NCBI GenBank assembly: GCA_965227295.1 | Contig: OZ245742.1 | Span: 1,600,001-1,664,000 of the forward strand | Direction: 5' to 3' | From: Leptonemataceae bacterium | Lineage (GTDB): Bacteria; Spirochaetota; Leptospiria; Leptospirales; Leptonemataceae | Length of the DNA stretch: 64,000 nucleotides | Shown: positions 10,642 through 20,840 of the stretch, piece after piece | Layout of the letters: each line of letters opens with the position of its first letter | How positions within the stretch are numbered: position 1 is the first letter of the stretch | Notes under the pieces: generated by a model | Database searches by the model: none | The model's input: the letters and a program-made list of their open reading frames with translations, nothing else | Told to the model about the DNA's origin: nothing | Translations under genes and position numbers: made by a program

Positions 10642-11433
10642 TTAGCCGAAGCGCACGGACCGCATGGAGATGGAGGCGTTCTGCATGCCCTCGCAGGGGA
10701 ACGTCACGCTTTCACCGGGATGGGCCGTGCCGAGGACGTAGAGCAGCGGGATGTAATGATCCGGCGTCGGCACGGACATCGTGGCCGCTTCGCCCAGGTT
10801 TTCGTAGAACTGCGCCGACTTGAGTGCGCTCCATTCCCCGCCGGCGAGTTTGTCGCGCACGGCCTCGTCGAACCTGGTCGCCCAATCGAAGGGCTCCGGT
10901 TCTCCGCGCCACACGATCTGCCGGAGGTTGTGCACGATGTTGCCGCTGCCCACGATCAACACGCCCTGATCGCGTAGCGCCGTCAGCGCCGCGCCGATTT
11001 CCAGGTGGTACTCGAAGGGAGCCATCATGTCGTAGCTGAGTTGCAGGCATGGGATCTGCGCATCCGGAAGCATGTGAATCAATACCGACCAGGCCCCGTG
11101 ATCCAGGCCGCGCTCGAGGTCGAGGCCGGCGTCGAAGCGATCCAGGGCGCGTTTGACTTCGCCGGCCAGGTCGGGATTGCCGGGGGCGGGGTACTTCACC
11201 TGGAAGAGTTCGTCCGGGAATCCATAGAAGTCGTAGATCGTCTCCGGTTCCGCCGTCGCCGTAATCTGCGGCGGGAAGTTTTGCGTGTACCAGTGCGCCG
11301 AGATCATCAACACGGCGCGTGTGTCTTCGCGCAGCTCGTCGCCGAGTTTGCGCCAGGCGCGGGTGTATTCGTTATCGGCAAGGGCGTTCATCGGCGAACC
11401 ATGGCCGACAAAGAGGGCGGGGAGACGGGACAT
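10642..11433 (-). CDS. ygiD: 4,5-DOPA extradiol dioxygenase (LigB family)
   Basis: PALFVGHGSPMNA, ISAHW, GLDHGAW, GSGNIVHNL, PTPDHYIPL. Confidence 0.93.
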   Translation of the reverse strand: MSRLPALFVGHGSPMNALADNEYTRAWRKLGDELREDTRAVLMISAHWYTQNFPPQITATAEPETIYDFYGFPDELFQVKYPAPGNPDLAGEVKRALDRFDAGLDLERGLDHGAWSVLIHMLPDAQIPCLQLSYDMMAPFEYHLEIGAALTALRDQGVLIVGSGNIVHNLRQIVWRGEPEPFDWATRFDEAVRDKLAGGEWSALKSAQFYENLGEAATMSVPTPDHYIPLLYVLGTAHPGESVTFPCEGMQNASISMRSVRFG

Positions 11434-11456
11434 AGTTCCAGTATAAAAAAGAATTA

Positions 11457-11567
11457 ACTCCGAGGACCGAGGTTTCGAGTTTTTTTCCGGAGGGTGATCG
11501 TAACGGAATGATGCTCGGCGTACGATCGCTCTCGTGAGTCTTTTCTCGGCTCCTCGGTCCTCGGAGT
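11457..11567. repeat. REPIN-like element with perfect 16-bp terminal inverted repeats
   Basis: actccgaggaccgagg (11457-11472) is the exact reverse complement of cctcggtcctcggagt (11552-11567); inner stem gagggtgatcgta / tacgatcgctctc. Confidence 0.8.
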
Positions 11568-11585
11568 AGAATGATCTTACGCCTT

Positions 11586-13004
11586 CTATTCCGGCGGCGC
11601 CTGGTCCGCGGCTTTCGCCTGCGCTTCCTCGGCCACGCGTCCAAGGAACTCCGGTAAATCCACGCCGGCCATGCTCGCCACCTCGTGCAGCGGCGGCAGG
11701 CTCTTAATCAACGATGAAGCAAAGTTAGCCGTGGACGACGAGTCTCCGTTGCCGGAATCCCAGACGGTGACCTTGTCGATCTTGAGGTTCTTGATGGCCT
11801 CGACCTGGGTCTTCACGATCTCCTCGATCTTTTCGATCATGAGCAGGGTGGCCGCGGCCCGGGCGTCGCCGGCGGCCCCGGCCACGAGGTCGCGGTAACC
11901 CTCGGCCTTGCTCGCGAGCACCTGTTTGATGCCCTCGGCTTCCGCCTGGTACTTCGCAAGAATCGCGTCGGCCTGGCCGCGGGCTTCCCGGCGGGTTTTC
12001 TCGGCTTCGGCCTCCGCGGCAATCTCCACTTTGCGCCGTTCAATTTCTTCGCGGACAACCTCCGCGGCCGTGAGACGCTGCTCCTCGGTTTTCGCCCGGG
12101 CGCGTTCGATTTCCTCTTCGGATTTGTAGCGGGCCACCTCGCCTTCCTGGCGGGCGGCGGCTTCTTTGACGGCGAGCTGCGCGTTCGCGTCGGCGATGTT
12201 CGCCTTGGATTTGTTTTCCCCGCCGACGGCCTCGGACTCCCGCTCCTGAACGTAGATGCGCTGATCGGCCTCGGCTTTCTTGCGGCCCTTCTCAGCCTCC
12301 GCCAGGTTTTCCGCGACCTTGATTTCTTTTTCGCGGGTGGCCTCGGCCTCACCGATGGCGCCGAGTTTGTCCTGGTTGGCGACGTCGATCTTCGCGCGGT
12401 TGATGGCCTCGGACGCGGCCTTCTTACCCAGCGACTGGATGTAGTCTGATTCGTCCGTAATGTCCGTTATGTTAACGTTAATGAGGTAAAGGCCGATCTT
12501 GTTCAGCTCCGGCTCGACGTTCTTACGAATGCTTTCGAGGAACGACTCGCGATCCTGGTTGATCTGCTCAATCGTAAGCGAAGCTACCGTGAGCCGGAGC
12601 TGACCGAAGATGATTTCCCGCGCCATGTCTTCGATCTGCTCCGGCGCGAGCCCCAGCAGACGCTCGGCGGCGTTTTGCATGATGCTGGGCTGCGTGCTGA
12701 TGCCCACGGTAAACGTCGACGGCACGTCGATGCGGATGTTCTGCTGCGATAGCGCGTTCTTCAGTGGAATGCTGAGCGTATGCGGCGTGAGACTGAGATA
12801 GGCGTAGTCCTGGATCAGCGGCCAGACCAGCGTGCCGCCGCCGTGGATACAATTGGCGGACTGGCCGGCCCCGACCTTACCGTAGATGACGAGGATTTGA
12901 TCCGACGGGCAGCGCTTGTAGCGCGAGGCCAGAAAGACAAGCGTGGAAAATACGAGAACGATGAAGGCCAGCGCGGCCAGGACCCAGAAACCGAAACCAA
13001 ACAT
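11586..13004 (-). CDS. Flotillin/SPFH-domain protein
   Basis: N-terminal TM, SRYKRCPSDQILVIYG, SPFH core, AEAE-rich coiled coil; SD CAGGAG before MFGFGF. Confidence 0.93.
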   Translation of the reverse strand: MFGFGFWVLAALAFIVLVFSTLVFLASRYKRCPSDQILVIYGKVGAGQSANCIHGGGTLVWPLIQDYAYLSLTPHTLSIPLKNALSQQNIRIDVPSTFTVGISTQPSIMQNAAERLLGLAPEQIEDMAREIIFGQLRLTVASLTIEQINQDRESFLESIRKNVEPELNKIGLYLINVNITDITDESDYIQSLGKKAASEAINRAKIDVANQDKLGAIGEAEATREKEIKVAENLAEAEKGRKKAEADQRIYVQERESEAVGGENKSKANIADANAQLAVKEAAARQEGEVARYKSEEEIERARAKTEEQRLTAAEVVREEIERRKVEIAAEAEAEKTRREARGQADAILAKYQAEAEGIKQVLASKAEGYRDLVAGAAGDARAAATLLMIEKIEEIVKTQVEAIKNLKIDKVTVWDSGNGDSSSTANFASSLIKSLPPLHEVASMAGVDLPEFLGRVAEEAQAKAADQAPPE

Positions 13005-13049
13005 GTGTATCTCCTGAAGGCGCACGATGTCGCCGTCTATACCATCAAC

Positions 13050-13643
13050 CTAAACTCTTTTTACGATCAACAAATTATCGCCGATGGCGCGGACCACCTG
13101 CACCGGTTCCCCCGTGGGAATCTCCGTGCGAGTCTCCGACTGCGCGTCGAAGATCTTTAAGTGACCCTGCACGGCGACCTCGACCTGGCCGGTGGCGCCG
13201 CCGGGCGGGATGCGCAGATAGATGCGACCCTGGGCGCCCACGGCGTTTTGCAAATTCATGGTGCCCGAGGATTGCAGGCCCACCACCATGGCGAAGATCT
13301 TCGCGATGACATAGACCGCGGCCATGCCCGCCGCAAGCGCCGCGGGGACTGAAGCCACGGCGGGGAACGGACTCTGGTGCAACATGCCCAGACCCACGAG
13401 GCCGAAGATCAAAAAGAAAGCGCTGAGTCCCTGGAGCGACAGGATCTTGAAGCTCACATCGCTGCCGGCATCGAAGGGATCGTCCCCGAGATCGGCGTCG
13501 GCGCCGCTGAAATCGCCGCCCGCGTCCAGTTCGCCGTTCACGTCGCCGCCGATAAAGGAAATTGCCGTGCGCACGACGAATAACGCGCCGCCGCCGACGG
13601 CACTGAGTAAGTACAGATTGTGTAAAGTTAGGTATTCCAGCAT
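13050..13643 (-). CDS. NfeD-like flotillin partner membrane protein
   Basis: Three hydrophobic segments plus C-terminal OB-fold pattern (GRIYLRIP...GQVEV...IPTGEPVQV); directly upstream of flotillin. Confidence 0.85.
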   Translation of the reverse strand: MLEYLTLHNLYLLSAVGGGALFVVRTAISFIGGDVNGELDAGGDFSGADADLGDDPFDAGSDVSFKILSLQGLSAFFLIFGLVGLGMLHQSPFPAVASVPAALAAGMAAVYVIAKIFAMVVGLQSSGTMNLQNAVGAQGRIYLRIPPGGATGQVEVAVQGHLKIFDAQSETRTEIPTGEPVQVVRAIGDNLLIVKRV

Positions 13644-14233
13644 TAGTCGAACAAAGACCTTACAGGGAAGTTAAGATTGCCGGGCGTCGGTACGGCGTCT
13701 TTGATTCCGTAGCCGATCATTTCACCGTAGGTGCGCTTTTTCGGAATCGGCCGCCGGTAGACTTCGACGCTCCGTTCTTTTGCGAGCACGATCCAGTACT
13801 CGGGCACGCCGGCTTCCGCGTAGATGCCCGTCTTCGCGCGGTCCAGCTCGGGGGCGTCGACGGCGACTTCCACAATCAGTTCCGCGGAAGTCGGATGCGC
13901 GGCGACGAATTCTTTCGGGTCCGTCCCGGATACCACGGACACATCCGGCTCCGGTTCGGAGTCACCCAGGGTGAGTGGTCCTTCTTTGCGAACTAAATAT
14001 GGTTTATCGCGCAATCCTTCGTATAAGAACGTGAAGACTTCGCGGGCCACGTGTTCATGCAGCGGTGATTTGGGCATGTGCTGGTAGACCAGTCCTTCCA
14101 GGAGTTCGCAGTGATCCGGGATGAGACCGCGTGCAATGTTCCGGTGGTACTCGTCTACGGAGATGCGGCGCAGTTGTGCTCTGGCGGATGGGAGGTCCAG
14201 GAGGGGCGGGGCTGTGGCGACCGCGGGGCTCAT
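13643..14233 (-). CDS. Uma2 (DUF820) family PD-(D/E)xK endonuclease
   Basis: ISVDEYH, ELLEG, SPLH, EPEPDV, LIVEVA, K..IYAEAGVPEYWIV. Confidence 0.93.
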   Translation of the reverse strand: MSPAVATAPPLLDLPSARAQLRRISVDEYHRNIARGLIPDHCELLEGLVYQHMPKSPLHEHVAREVFTFLYEGLRDKPYLVRKEGPLTLGDSEPEPDVSVVSGTDPKEFVAAHPTSAELIVEVAVDAPELDRAKTGIYAEAGVPEYWIVLAKERSVEVYRRPIPKKRTYGEMIGYGIKDAVPTPGNLNFPVRSLFD

Positions 14234-14336
14234 ACATCCATAATGACACCCGCTTCGTTCGGCCTGTCAATCCTTTCCGCCGATCGAACCGGGCATTTTT
14301 GTCCTCCGAACTGAGGACGCCGGCAAGGTCCGCGCC

Positions 14337-16505
14337 TCAGTCTTCCTGGAGTCCGCGCAGGTACTTGATCAGGGCGCGGTGTTCTTCTTTTGATTGGTGG
14401 ATGTTTTCCAGGTAGTCCAGGGTGGACTCGATCCACTGCGGGTCGTCCTCGTTCTCCGTGGTAAGGAACACGCGGCGAATGTTAATGAGCGGACGCACTT
14501 CCGTGTAGCGATCGTACTTATCGTAGTACAGAAAATCGCCGACCTGGTCCTCGGTGTACTTCACGGTGTTGAGGGTGTGCATCACTTCATCGAGCCAGAT
14601 CAGGCCCTTAAAGTTTCGTTCAACATAATCTACGACTTTTTGAATCTGGCCGGGTACGACGAGTTGTTTCTCCCGGGGACCGCGGACGACTTTTTTCTTA
14701 CGGGACTTGCGTTTCTTCTCCGGCGTCGGCGCCTCGCTGCCGCCCCCGTCGTCCCCGGAATCTTCGCGCCGGCGCTTCGGCGCCCCGCCGAACAGAGAGG
14801 ACAGCCAGGCCAGGAAGCGTGACCAGAACGACATGGCGGCGCGTTCCTTGCGCAGGCGTTCCTTTTCCTGCTCGGCCTCCCAGTCGCGAATGGCCCGGGA
14901 CAGGGCGATCTGCTCGTCGATGATGTCGCCGGGGGTTACACCTTCCTGGACGTCCTTTAAGAGATCGTAGATGCCGTTTTCGTAGCCGTTACTCCGGCAA
15001 AACAGATGCACGTAGTTCCGGCGTTGCGGGTTGCGAATGAAGGCCTGCGGCAAGTTCGCGCGGAAGATGAAGTAGACGCCCTTCGCCGTACGACCGTCCG
15101 GCAGACGGCGGCGCTCTTCCATACTGGCGATGTCGTCGTGTCCCTTCATGCGCTCCACGACCGCTTTGTACAACTCTTTGCGGGGAATGTACGAATCCAC
15201 GGAACGATCCGGAACCTCGAAGGTGCCTTCACTGAACAGCACCGGTTCGAATTGCATATTGAGCTTCAGAATCGTTTGCTGTGTAACCAGATCGACCAGA
15301 TACTCCCGGCGGACCTCGCGAACCTTGCGCACCTGCTTCATTAAAGTGGTGTAACATTCCAGGAATGTGGGCGCGTCCTGCCAGGAATCGCCTTCGAGAA
15401 ACGACGGGTGTTTCTTCAGTTCTTCCAGGTAACGTTCGTCCTGGCCGGCGCCTTTGGGTTGGATCCAGGTCGTTTCTTCCCGCGGCAATAACGCAAAGAG
15501 AATCTTGCGCGCCATTTGTACAAACAGCAGGTAAATATACTCTAACTCGGAGCGATGTTCTTTGACGCCGGCTTCGTCGGGCAGGGCGATGAGATTGTCC
15601 GCCGCGGGCTGGATCACGTGAAAGTCGCCCGCCAGAGGCAATAACACGGACCGCGCCGAACGTCGTTGCAACGCCTGCTCCGCTTCCGAGGAGACCTGGG
15701 TATACGTATGCAGTTCGCCGGAGAGATCGTCGGCTTTGCGGCGCAGGAGCGAAAGCATGGGAATCATGAGATCGTTGCGCGGTTTGACTTCTTCGGCTAA
15801 GTATTCATCGAACGAAAGGTTGCGCAGCATGGGTATCATCCGATTGAGTTCGGCCTGGCTGTCGCCTTTGAGGTTCTGATCGCGCAGAAAACGTTGCGTC
15901 ACCCACTGACCGAGCTGGCCCTCGCGTTCCAGTTCGGTGATGCGTTCGTCGCGTAAATGAATGTACTCCAGCACGGCGATCACACTGCCGCGCACGCAGG
16001 CCAGCTTCACCTTCGCCACCTGTTCGCCCTTAAGCGACGCCGGGCGGATGAGTACCTTCTTAACTTCCAGGCGCGTTTTGTCCTCGCTGAGCTTGACGTA
16101 CTCGAAGGGCGTGAGCGCTCCTCGTTCTTCGAGCATCTGGATGTCTTTTTCGCCCAGGTGCTGTAGTTGGTCCGGATGCGTCAGCGCCAGGTGCGACTGC
16201 TGGAACAAAAAGAAATTTTCGACGCCCTTCTGGATGGTGGCGATGTCCTTGAACGAGTGCGGGTTGAACTGAATCATCACCGCCTTGAGGTCGTCTTCGC
16301 CCATGAGGTCCGGCTCGCCGGCGAAAGCGTTGTCGATGGAAGAGGGCGTGCCCGCGTCGGCCCCGGAGATGGCCGGCACGTCCGGAGACGAACCCGCGCC
16401 GGGACTGTGACCGTCGATAAGTTCGGCCTCGTCGGGGGCGGTGCCCTGGGTATCCGTGCCGCCGGGAGCGGACTGTTCGATTTCTTCCGTTTGATCGGAA
16501 TTCAT
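14337..16505 (-). CDS. Large hypothetical protein (722 aa)
   Basis: Long ORF with host-like codon usage; acidic disordered N-terminus; amphipathic FWSRFLAWLSSLFGG helix followed by a basic linker. Confidence 0.85.
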   Translation of the reverse strand: MNSDQTEEIEQSAPGGTDTQGTAPDEAELIDGHSPGAGSSPDVPAISGADAGTPSSIDNAFAGEPDLMGEDDLKAVMIQFNPHSFKDIATIQKGVENFFLFQQSHLALTHPDQLQHLGEKDIQMLEERGALTPFEYVKLSEDKTRLEVKKVLIRPASLKGEQVAKVKLACVRGSVIAVLEYIHLRDERITELEREGQLGQWVTQRFLRDQNLKGDSQAELNRMIPMLRNLSFDEYLAEEVKPRNDLMIPMLSLLRRKADDLSGELHTYTQVSSEAEQALQRRSARSVLLPLAGDFHVIQPAADNLIALPDEAGVKEHRSELEYIYLLFVQMARKILFALLPREETTWIQPKGAGQDERYLEELKKHPSFLEGDSWQDAPTFLECYTTLMKQVRKVREVRREYLVDLVTQQTILKLNMQFEPVLFSEGTFEVPDRSVDSYIPRKELYKAVVERMKGHDDIASMEERRRLPDGRTAKGVYFIFRANLPQAFIRNPQRRNYVHLFCRSNGYENGIYDLLKDVQEGVTPGDIIDEQIALSRAIRDWEAEQEKERLRKERAAMSFWSRFLAWLSSLFGGAPKRRREDSGDDGGGSEAPTPEKKRKSRKKKVVRGPREKQLVVPGQIQKVVDYVERNFKGLIWLDEVMHTLNTVKYTEDQVGDFLYYDKYDRYTEVRPLINIRRVFLTTENEDDPQWIESTLDYLENIHQSKEEHRALIKYLRGLQED

Positions 16506-16594
16506 AGGATGCGCTGCGCGACGAACAAGTCTTCAGCACAAGGCTGAGATGGGCTAAAGATAGTCCCGACTTCTCCCGACCGCGGGTGTACTAC

Positions 16595-16618
16595 AATAAT
16601 ATTATTTTTATTATCGGC
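16595..16618 (-). promoter_or_regulatory. AT-rich palindromic site upstream of the 722-aa gene
   Basis: Perfect palindrome aataatattatt (16595-16606); minus strand reads GCCGATAATAAAAATAATATTATT. Confidence 0.4.
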
Positions 16619-16629
16619 AGGGCGTGCGC

Positions 16630-17526
16630 TCAGGCCGCGGGAGTTTTGATCTCATTGCCCTCGCAGAGCAGGACCTCGGTCACCACGGGGGCGCTCTTGC
16701 CGTCGTACTCGAACGAGATGTGGTGCTGGCAATTCTTGCCGTCGTGCTTGAAGATGCGCGGCACGCGCGCGGCGTTCACGAAGACCGCGCCACCATCGTC
16801 CTGTAAGAACCAGCGTCGCTGCCCGGGTGATCCTTTGAGTCGATGATGCATGTGCCCGGCGATGACGCCCAGGACCTTCTTGCGTTTTTTGCGGGCGTGG
16901 TCCAGGGCCGCGCGCAAGTCCGGATCGCCGAAGTCGCCTTCTTCTTTCGCGAAGTCGTTGCCCCAGATGTCCTCGCGTTGCATGCCGAGGCCGGTGGGAC
17001 CGTTGTGCGCGAGAAAGAGGATCGGCGATTTGCACTCCTCCACGATTTCCATGAGCCGGTTTGCCGCCGCGTCCAGGTCGCCGATGCCGAAGCGCTGGCG
17101 CAGATACGGATAGAACGCGCACGTCGGCCCGCCCATACTGTGAGGCCGCGCGCCGACCAGGTCTAACTTCACCCCGTTGAACTCCAGGGCGTGGCGGGAA
17201 AAACCTACGAGGCGCACGCGTCCGAGGGCCTTCTCGAAATCTTTCATCATCGTAGCCTGGTGTGGAGCGTAGCGTTCAATGCGTGCGTGATTCTGTCGCA
17301 GCTCCGCGAGCAACTGCCATACGCTCACACCGTCGTGATTGCCCGGAATCAGATACGCCGGCTTTTCAATGCGTGCGATTTCCCGCGCGATTTCGTCGAG
17401 GCCGCGGTGCGTCCGGCCGGGAAGATCGCCGACGAAGAGGACGGCGTCGTACGACGAAGAGTTGAAGTAGGCCACGTCCACTTCGTTCCAGGCTTTGTGA
17501 ATGTCTCCGATGACGGCAAGTTTCAT
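16630..17526 (-). CDS. Calcineurin-like metallophosphoesterase
   Basis: GDIH, GD, GNHD, AHNGP, GHMH motifs. Confidence 0.92.
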   Translation of the reverse strand: MKLAVIGDIHKAWNEVDVAYFNSSSYDAVLFVGDLPGRTHRGLDEIAREIARIEKPAYLIPGNHDGVSVWQLLAELRQNHARIERYAPHQATMMKDFEKALGRVRLVGFSRHALEFNGVKLDLVGARPHSMGGPTCAFYPYLRQRFGIGDLDAAANRLMEIVEECKSPILFLAHNGPTGLGMQREDIWGNDFAKEEGDFGDPDLRAALDHARKKRKKVLGVIAGHMHHRLKGSPGQRRWFLQDDGGAVFVNAARVPRIFKHDGKNCQHHISFEYDGKSAPVVTEVLLCEGNEIKTPAA

Positions 17527-17637
17527 GAGCAACGCATGCAGTAAGATTGGACGGCCAGATTTTACGGGCGGTCCGTGGGGAAAAGGAAAAATAAAAATAA
17601 GCGGACGTCGTGTGAAAAATCAAGGAGATTGTATGCA

Positions 17638-18294
17638 GTGATAACCGCCGTCGCTCTTACCAAATCTTACGGAGACTACGAGGTACTTCGCGGCCTGGAT
17701 TGCGACATTGCCACGGGCAGCTTCGTCGCCGTCATGGGCGATTCCGGCAGCGGCAAGACCACGTTTCTGAATCTGCTCGCCGGCCTCGATCAGGCGGACG
17801 GTGGTACGCTCACGGTGGCCGGCGAAGAACCGGCGCGGCTGAAGATCGGCGCACTCGTCGACTACCGGCGCCGCAACGTCGGCATGATCTTCCAGGATTT
17901 CAACTTATTGCCGACGTTGAGTGTATACGAAAACGTTACGCTCCCGATTTTGCTGCGGGGCGAACGGCTGAGCAGCGAAGTGGCAGAGCGCGCCCGGGAA
18001 ACCCTGCGTCGTGTGGGGCTCACGGAAAAACTACGGCGCCTGCCCGAAACGTTGTCCGGCGGCGAGATGCAGCGCGTATCCATTGCCCGGGCGCTCTGCC
18101 TGCGTCCGAAGCTCCTGCTTGCCGACGAACCCACCGGCAGCCTGGACTCGCGCAACAGCGACGAGATCCTGAATCTACTAATCGAAATCAATCGTGACTT
18201 AGAGTTGACCGTGGTGATGGTCACGCACTCGCGCGGGGCCGCACAGCGAGCCGGCCGCGTCCTCTCGATGGAGGACGGTCGTTTTCGTGATTGA
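17638..18294 (+). CDS. ABC transporter ATP-binding protein (LolD/MacB-like, AttE-like)
   Basis: Walker A GDSGSGKT, LSGGEMQR, LLLADEPTGSLD, VTH; AAGGAG before GTG 17638. Confidence 0.95.
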   Translation: MITAVALTKSYGDYEVLRGLDCDIATGSFVAVMGDSGSGKTTFLNLLAGLDQADGGTLTVAGEEPARLKIGALVDYRRRNVGMIFQDFNLLPTLSVYENVTLPILLRGERLSSEVAERARETLRRVGLTEKLRRLPETLSGGEMQRVSIARALCLRPKLLLADEPTGSLDSRNSDEILNLLIEINRDLELTVVMVTHSRGAAQRAGRVLSMEDGRFRD

Positions 18295-20836
18295 TGCATT
18301 GCGCGAAGGCACGCGATCGTTCGCCGCGATTTTTCGCGCGCTGACGTTTCGATATTACCGCCGGCATCCGGGGCGCTTCTGGTTGTGTGCCGCGGGGCTC
18401 GCCGCCGGAGTCGCCGTGGCGGGCTCCATCAATCTCACCAACGCGCGCGTCATCGAATCTTTCGAAGCTTCGATGGAGACGCTCTCCGGCGATTCCAACC
18501 TGCGCCTCAGGGACGAGCGCGGCCTCGCGCCGGAAGATCTGCGGCAATTGCGCTGGCTCTGGAAGTACGGTCGCTTCTCGCCTTACATTACGTTCAACGC
18601 AAGTTACCGCGATGCTGACGGTAACTTGCGCGGAGTTACCGTTTACGGTTTTGATTTCATCGGCGGGGCGCGCCTGCGTCGTTTCGCCCTGCGGGAGAAC
18701 GAGGACGCCGCCCGGGGCGATCCCCCGGCCCTGGACGGCCTCATCGTACCCGTGGACTCGCCGCTCGGAAACGCCGGAGATGTCATCGAGCTCATCGTCG
18801 ACGCCCGTTCGCGGGAGTACCGCATCGCACGTGTGCTGGAAGATGTGAACGGCAATGTCCCGCCGGCGGGCACCGCGTACATGGACCTCGGTCTGGCCCT
18901 GGAGCTGCGCGAACGACTGAGCGGCGTCGACGTCTTCGTGCCGCCGGAAGAACTGGAACACGTTCGGGCGCGGCTCGCAGAGATTTTTCCCCGCGCGGAA
19001 GTCAGCACCCTGCGCGAACGAAAGGACATTACCCGGGACATGCTCGCGGCGTTTCAAATGAACCTCCAGGCCCTGGGCGTCATCGCGCTGCTCGTGAGCG
19101 CCTATCTCGTATACAACACCGTGAACATCAGCGTCGTCCAGCGAGAAGCATTCATCGCCTCGCTCTATACCCTGGGCGCCGGTCGCCGGGACATCTTTCT
19201 CGCGCTCATCGCCGAGGGTTTGTTTCTGGGAATCGCGGGCGGCGTAATCGGTCTCGTGTTCGGGTACGCGCTCTCGCTCTTAGCTTACGAAGAAGTGTCA
19301 TTAACGCTTGCGACGGTCTTTCGCCTGGAATCCGTGCGTGGCGACGGCAGCGGCCTCGCGGCCCTCTTCGGGGCTTTCGGCATCGGCGTGCTGTTTTCCG
19401 CCGTGGCGGCCTGGTTGCCGGCGTACCGCGCGTCCCGGGCGCCGCTGGCGCGCACGCGTCGTTCCGGGCGCAGCGAGTACAGCCCGCGCCTCATCGTTGT
19501 TTGCATGATCGGCGCGCTGGTTTTCGTCGCGCTGTTCCTCGGTTTCTACGAACTGGCGCACCTTTATCGATCGCCGCGGCCCGGCTTCGGGGCCGTCGCC
19601 GCGTTGATCGGCATCCTGAGTTCTCTCGCGCCGCCCGGATTGTACCTGAGCGCGCAGATCGCGCGGCGCTTTCGCAGCAGCGGGGCGGCGCGCCTGGCCG
19701 CGGCGGCGGCCCGTGAACATATCGTCCGCATCTCGGTGGCCGTAGCCGCACTTGCGATTACATTAAGCATGGCCGGCGCGGTCAGTGTGATGGTGCACTC
19801 CTTTCGCGGTACCGTACAGAGCTGGCTCAGCACGGCCATCGTGGCGGATATTTACATCAAGTCGGAGGCGGGAGACGCGGACATCACCGGCGCGGTAAGC
19901 CCGCAAGCCGTGGCCGCCATCGCCGCGCACGCACAGGTGGACGAGATCATCACGATCCGCAGCGTGCGTACTCTTTACAGTGGTGCGGGAACGCGACCGG
20001 GCGGAGAGGTCGTTTATGTGGGCGCGAACGAAATGGAAGCCGCGTCCCGGCGCATGCGTTTTTCCTTCGTGGAAGGGACGACCGCGGACATGCGCACGGC
20101 CGCGCGGCAGAACGGCGTCATCATCAGCGAGGTCTTTTCGAATCGCTACGACGTGCACCGCGGAGATGTTGTAACATTGTTTCAACGAAAGTTTACCGTA
20201 CACGGGGTGTACCGCAGTTATTCCTCCGAGCGCGGCTATGTAATGATGGACGTCGCGCTTTTCGGCGAGGTCCTGGAGCCGCGGTCGCCCACCGGCGTGG
20301 CCGTCTTCGTGCGTCCCGGCGCCGATCCGCAGACGGTGCTTCGGGAAATTCGCGCGAAAACGAACGACTTCGCGTTGAGCATGTCGTTGTCCCGGGACAT
20401 CCGCGCGAAGGCCCTCGCGATTTTCGATCAAACGTTCCGGCTTACGTACATCCTGCAATTGATCGCGGGCGGGATCGCGGCGTTGTCCGTGGTTACGACG
20501 CTCACGGCCCTGGCCCTGGAACGGCGCCGGGACTTCGCGACCCTCCAGGCCCTGGGCGCCCGTCCCGGCGCGCTGGACCGCGCCATGGCCTGCGAGTCGC
20601 AACTCATCGCCTGGTCGGCGCTCCTGATCTCGATACCCGGCGCGATATTGCTGGCATTGTTGTTGATCAAGGTCATCAATCGATACTCCTTCGGCTGGAC
20701 CATCGAAACCGGCGTGCCGTTTTTTGAATTGGCCCTTTCCGCCCTGGGCATTGCCGTGCTGGCGCTCTTTGCGGCCTGGGGACCCATCCGCATGATTCGC
20801 CGGCAGAATACCGCCGCCATTCTCAAACGCGAGTAG
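18287..20836 (+). CDS. FtsX-like ABC permease, duplicated (AttF/G-like)
   Basis: 849 aa with two repeats of TM + periplasmic + FtsX TM block; overlaps the ATPase stop. Confidence 0.92.
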   Translation: MIDALREGTRSFAAIFRALTFRYYRRHPGRFWLCAAGLAAGVAVAGSINLTNARVIESFEASMETLSGDSNLRLRDERGLAPEDLRQLRWLWKYGRFSPYITFNASYRDADGNLRGVTVYGFDFIGGARLRRFALRENEDAARGDPPALDGLIVPVDSPLGNAGDVIELIVDARSREYRIARVLEDVNGNVPPAGTAYMDLGLALELRERLSGVDVFVPPEELEHVRARLAEIFPRAEVSTLRERKDITRDMLAAFQMNLQALGVIALLVSAYLVYNTVNISVVQREAFIASLYTLGAGRRDIFLALIAEGLFLGIAGGVIGLVFGYALSLLAYEEVSLTLATVFRLESVRGDGSGLAALFGAFGIGVLFSAVAAWLPAYRASRAPLARTRRSGRSEYSPRLIVVCMIGALVFVALFLGFYELAHLYRSPRPGFGAVAALIGILSSLAPPGLYLSAQIARRFRSSGAARLAAAAAREHIVRISVAVAALAITLSMAGAVSVMVHSFRGTVQSWLSTAIVADIYIKSEAGDADITGAVSPQAVAAIAAHAQVDEIITIRSVRTLYSGAGTRPGGEVVYVGANEMEAASRRMRFSFVEGTTADMRTAARQNGVIISEVFSNRYDVHRGDVVTLFQRKFTVHGVYRSYSSERGYVMMDVALFGEVLEPRSPTGVAVFVRPGADPQTVLREIRAKTNDFALSMSLSRDIRAKALAIFDQTFRLTYILQLIAGGIAALSVVTTLTALALERRRDFATLQALGARPGALDRAMACESQLIAWSALLISIPGAILLALLLIKVINRYSFGWTIETGVPFFELALSALGIAVLALFAAWGPIRMIRRQNTAAILKRE

Positions 20837-20840
20837 GCTA

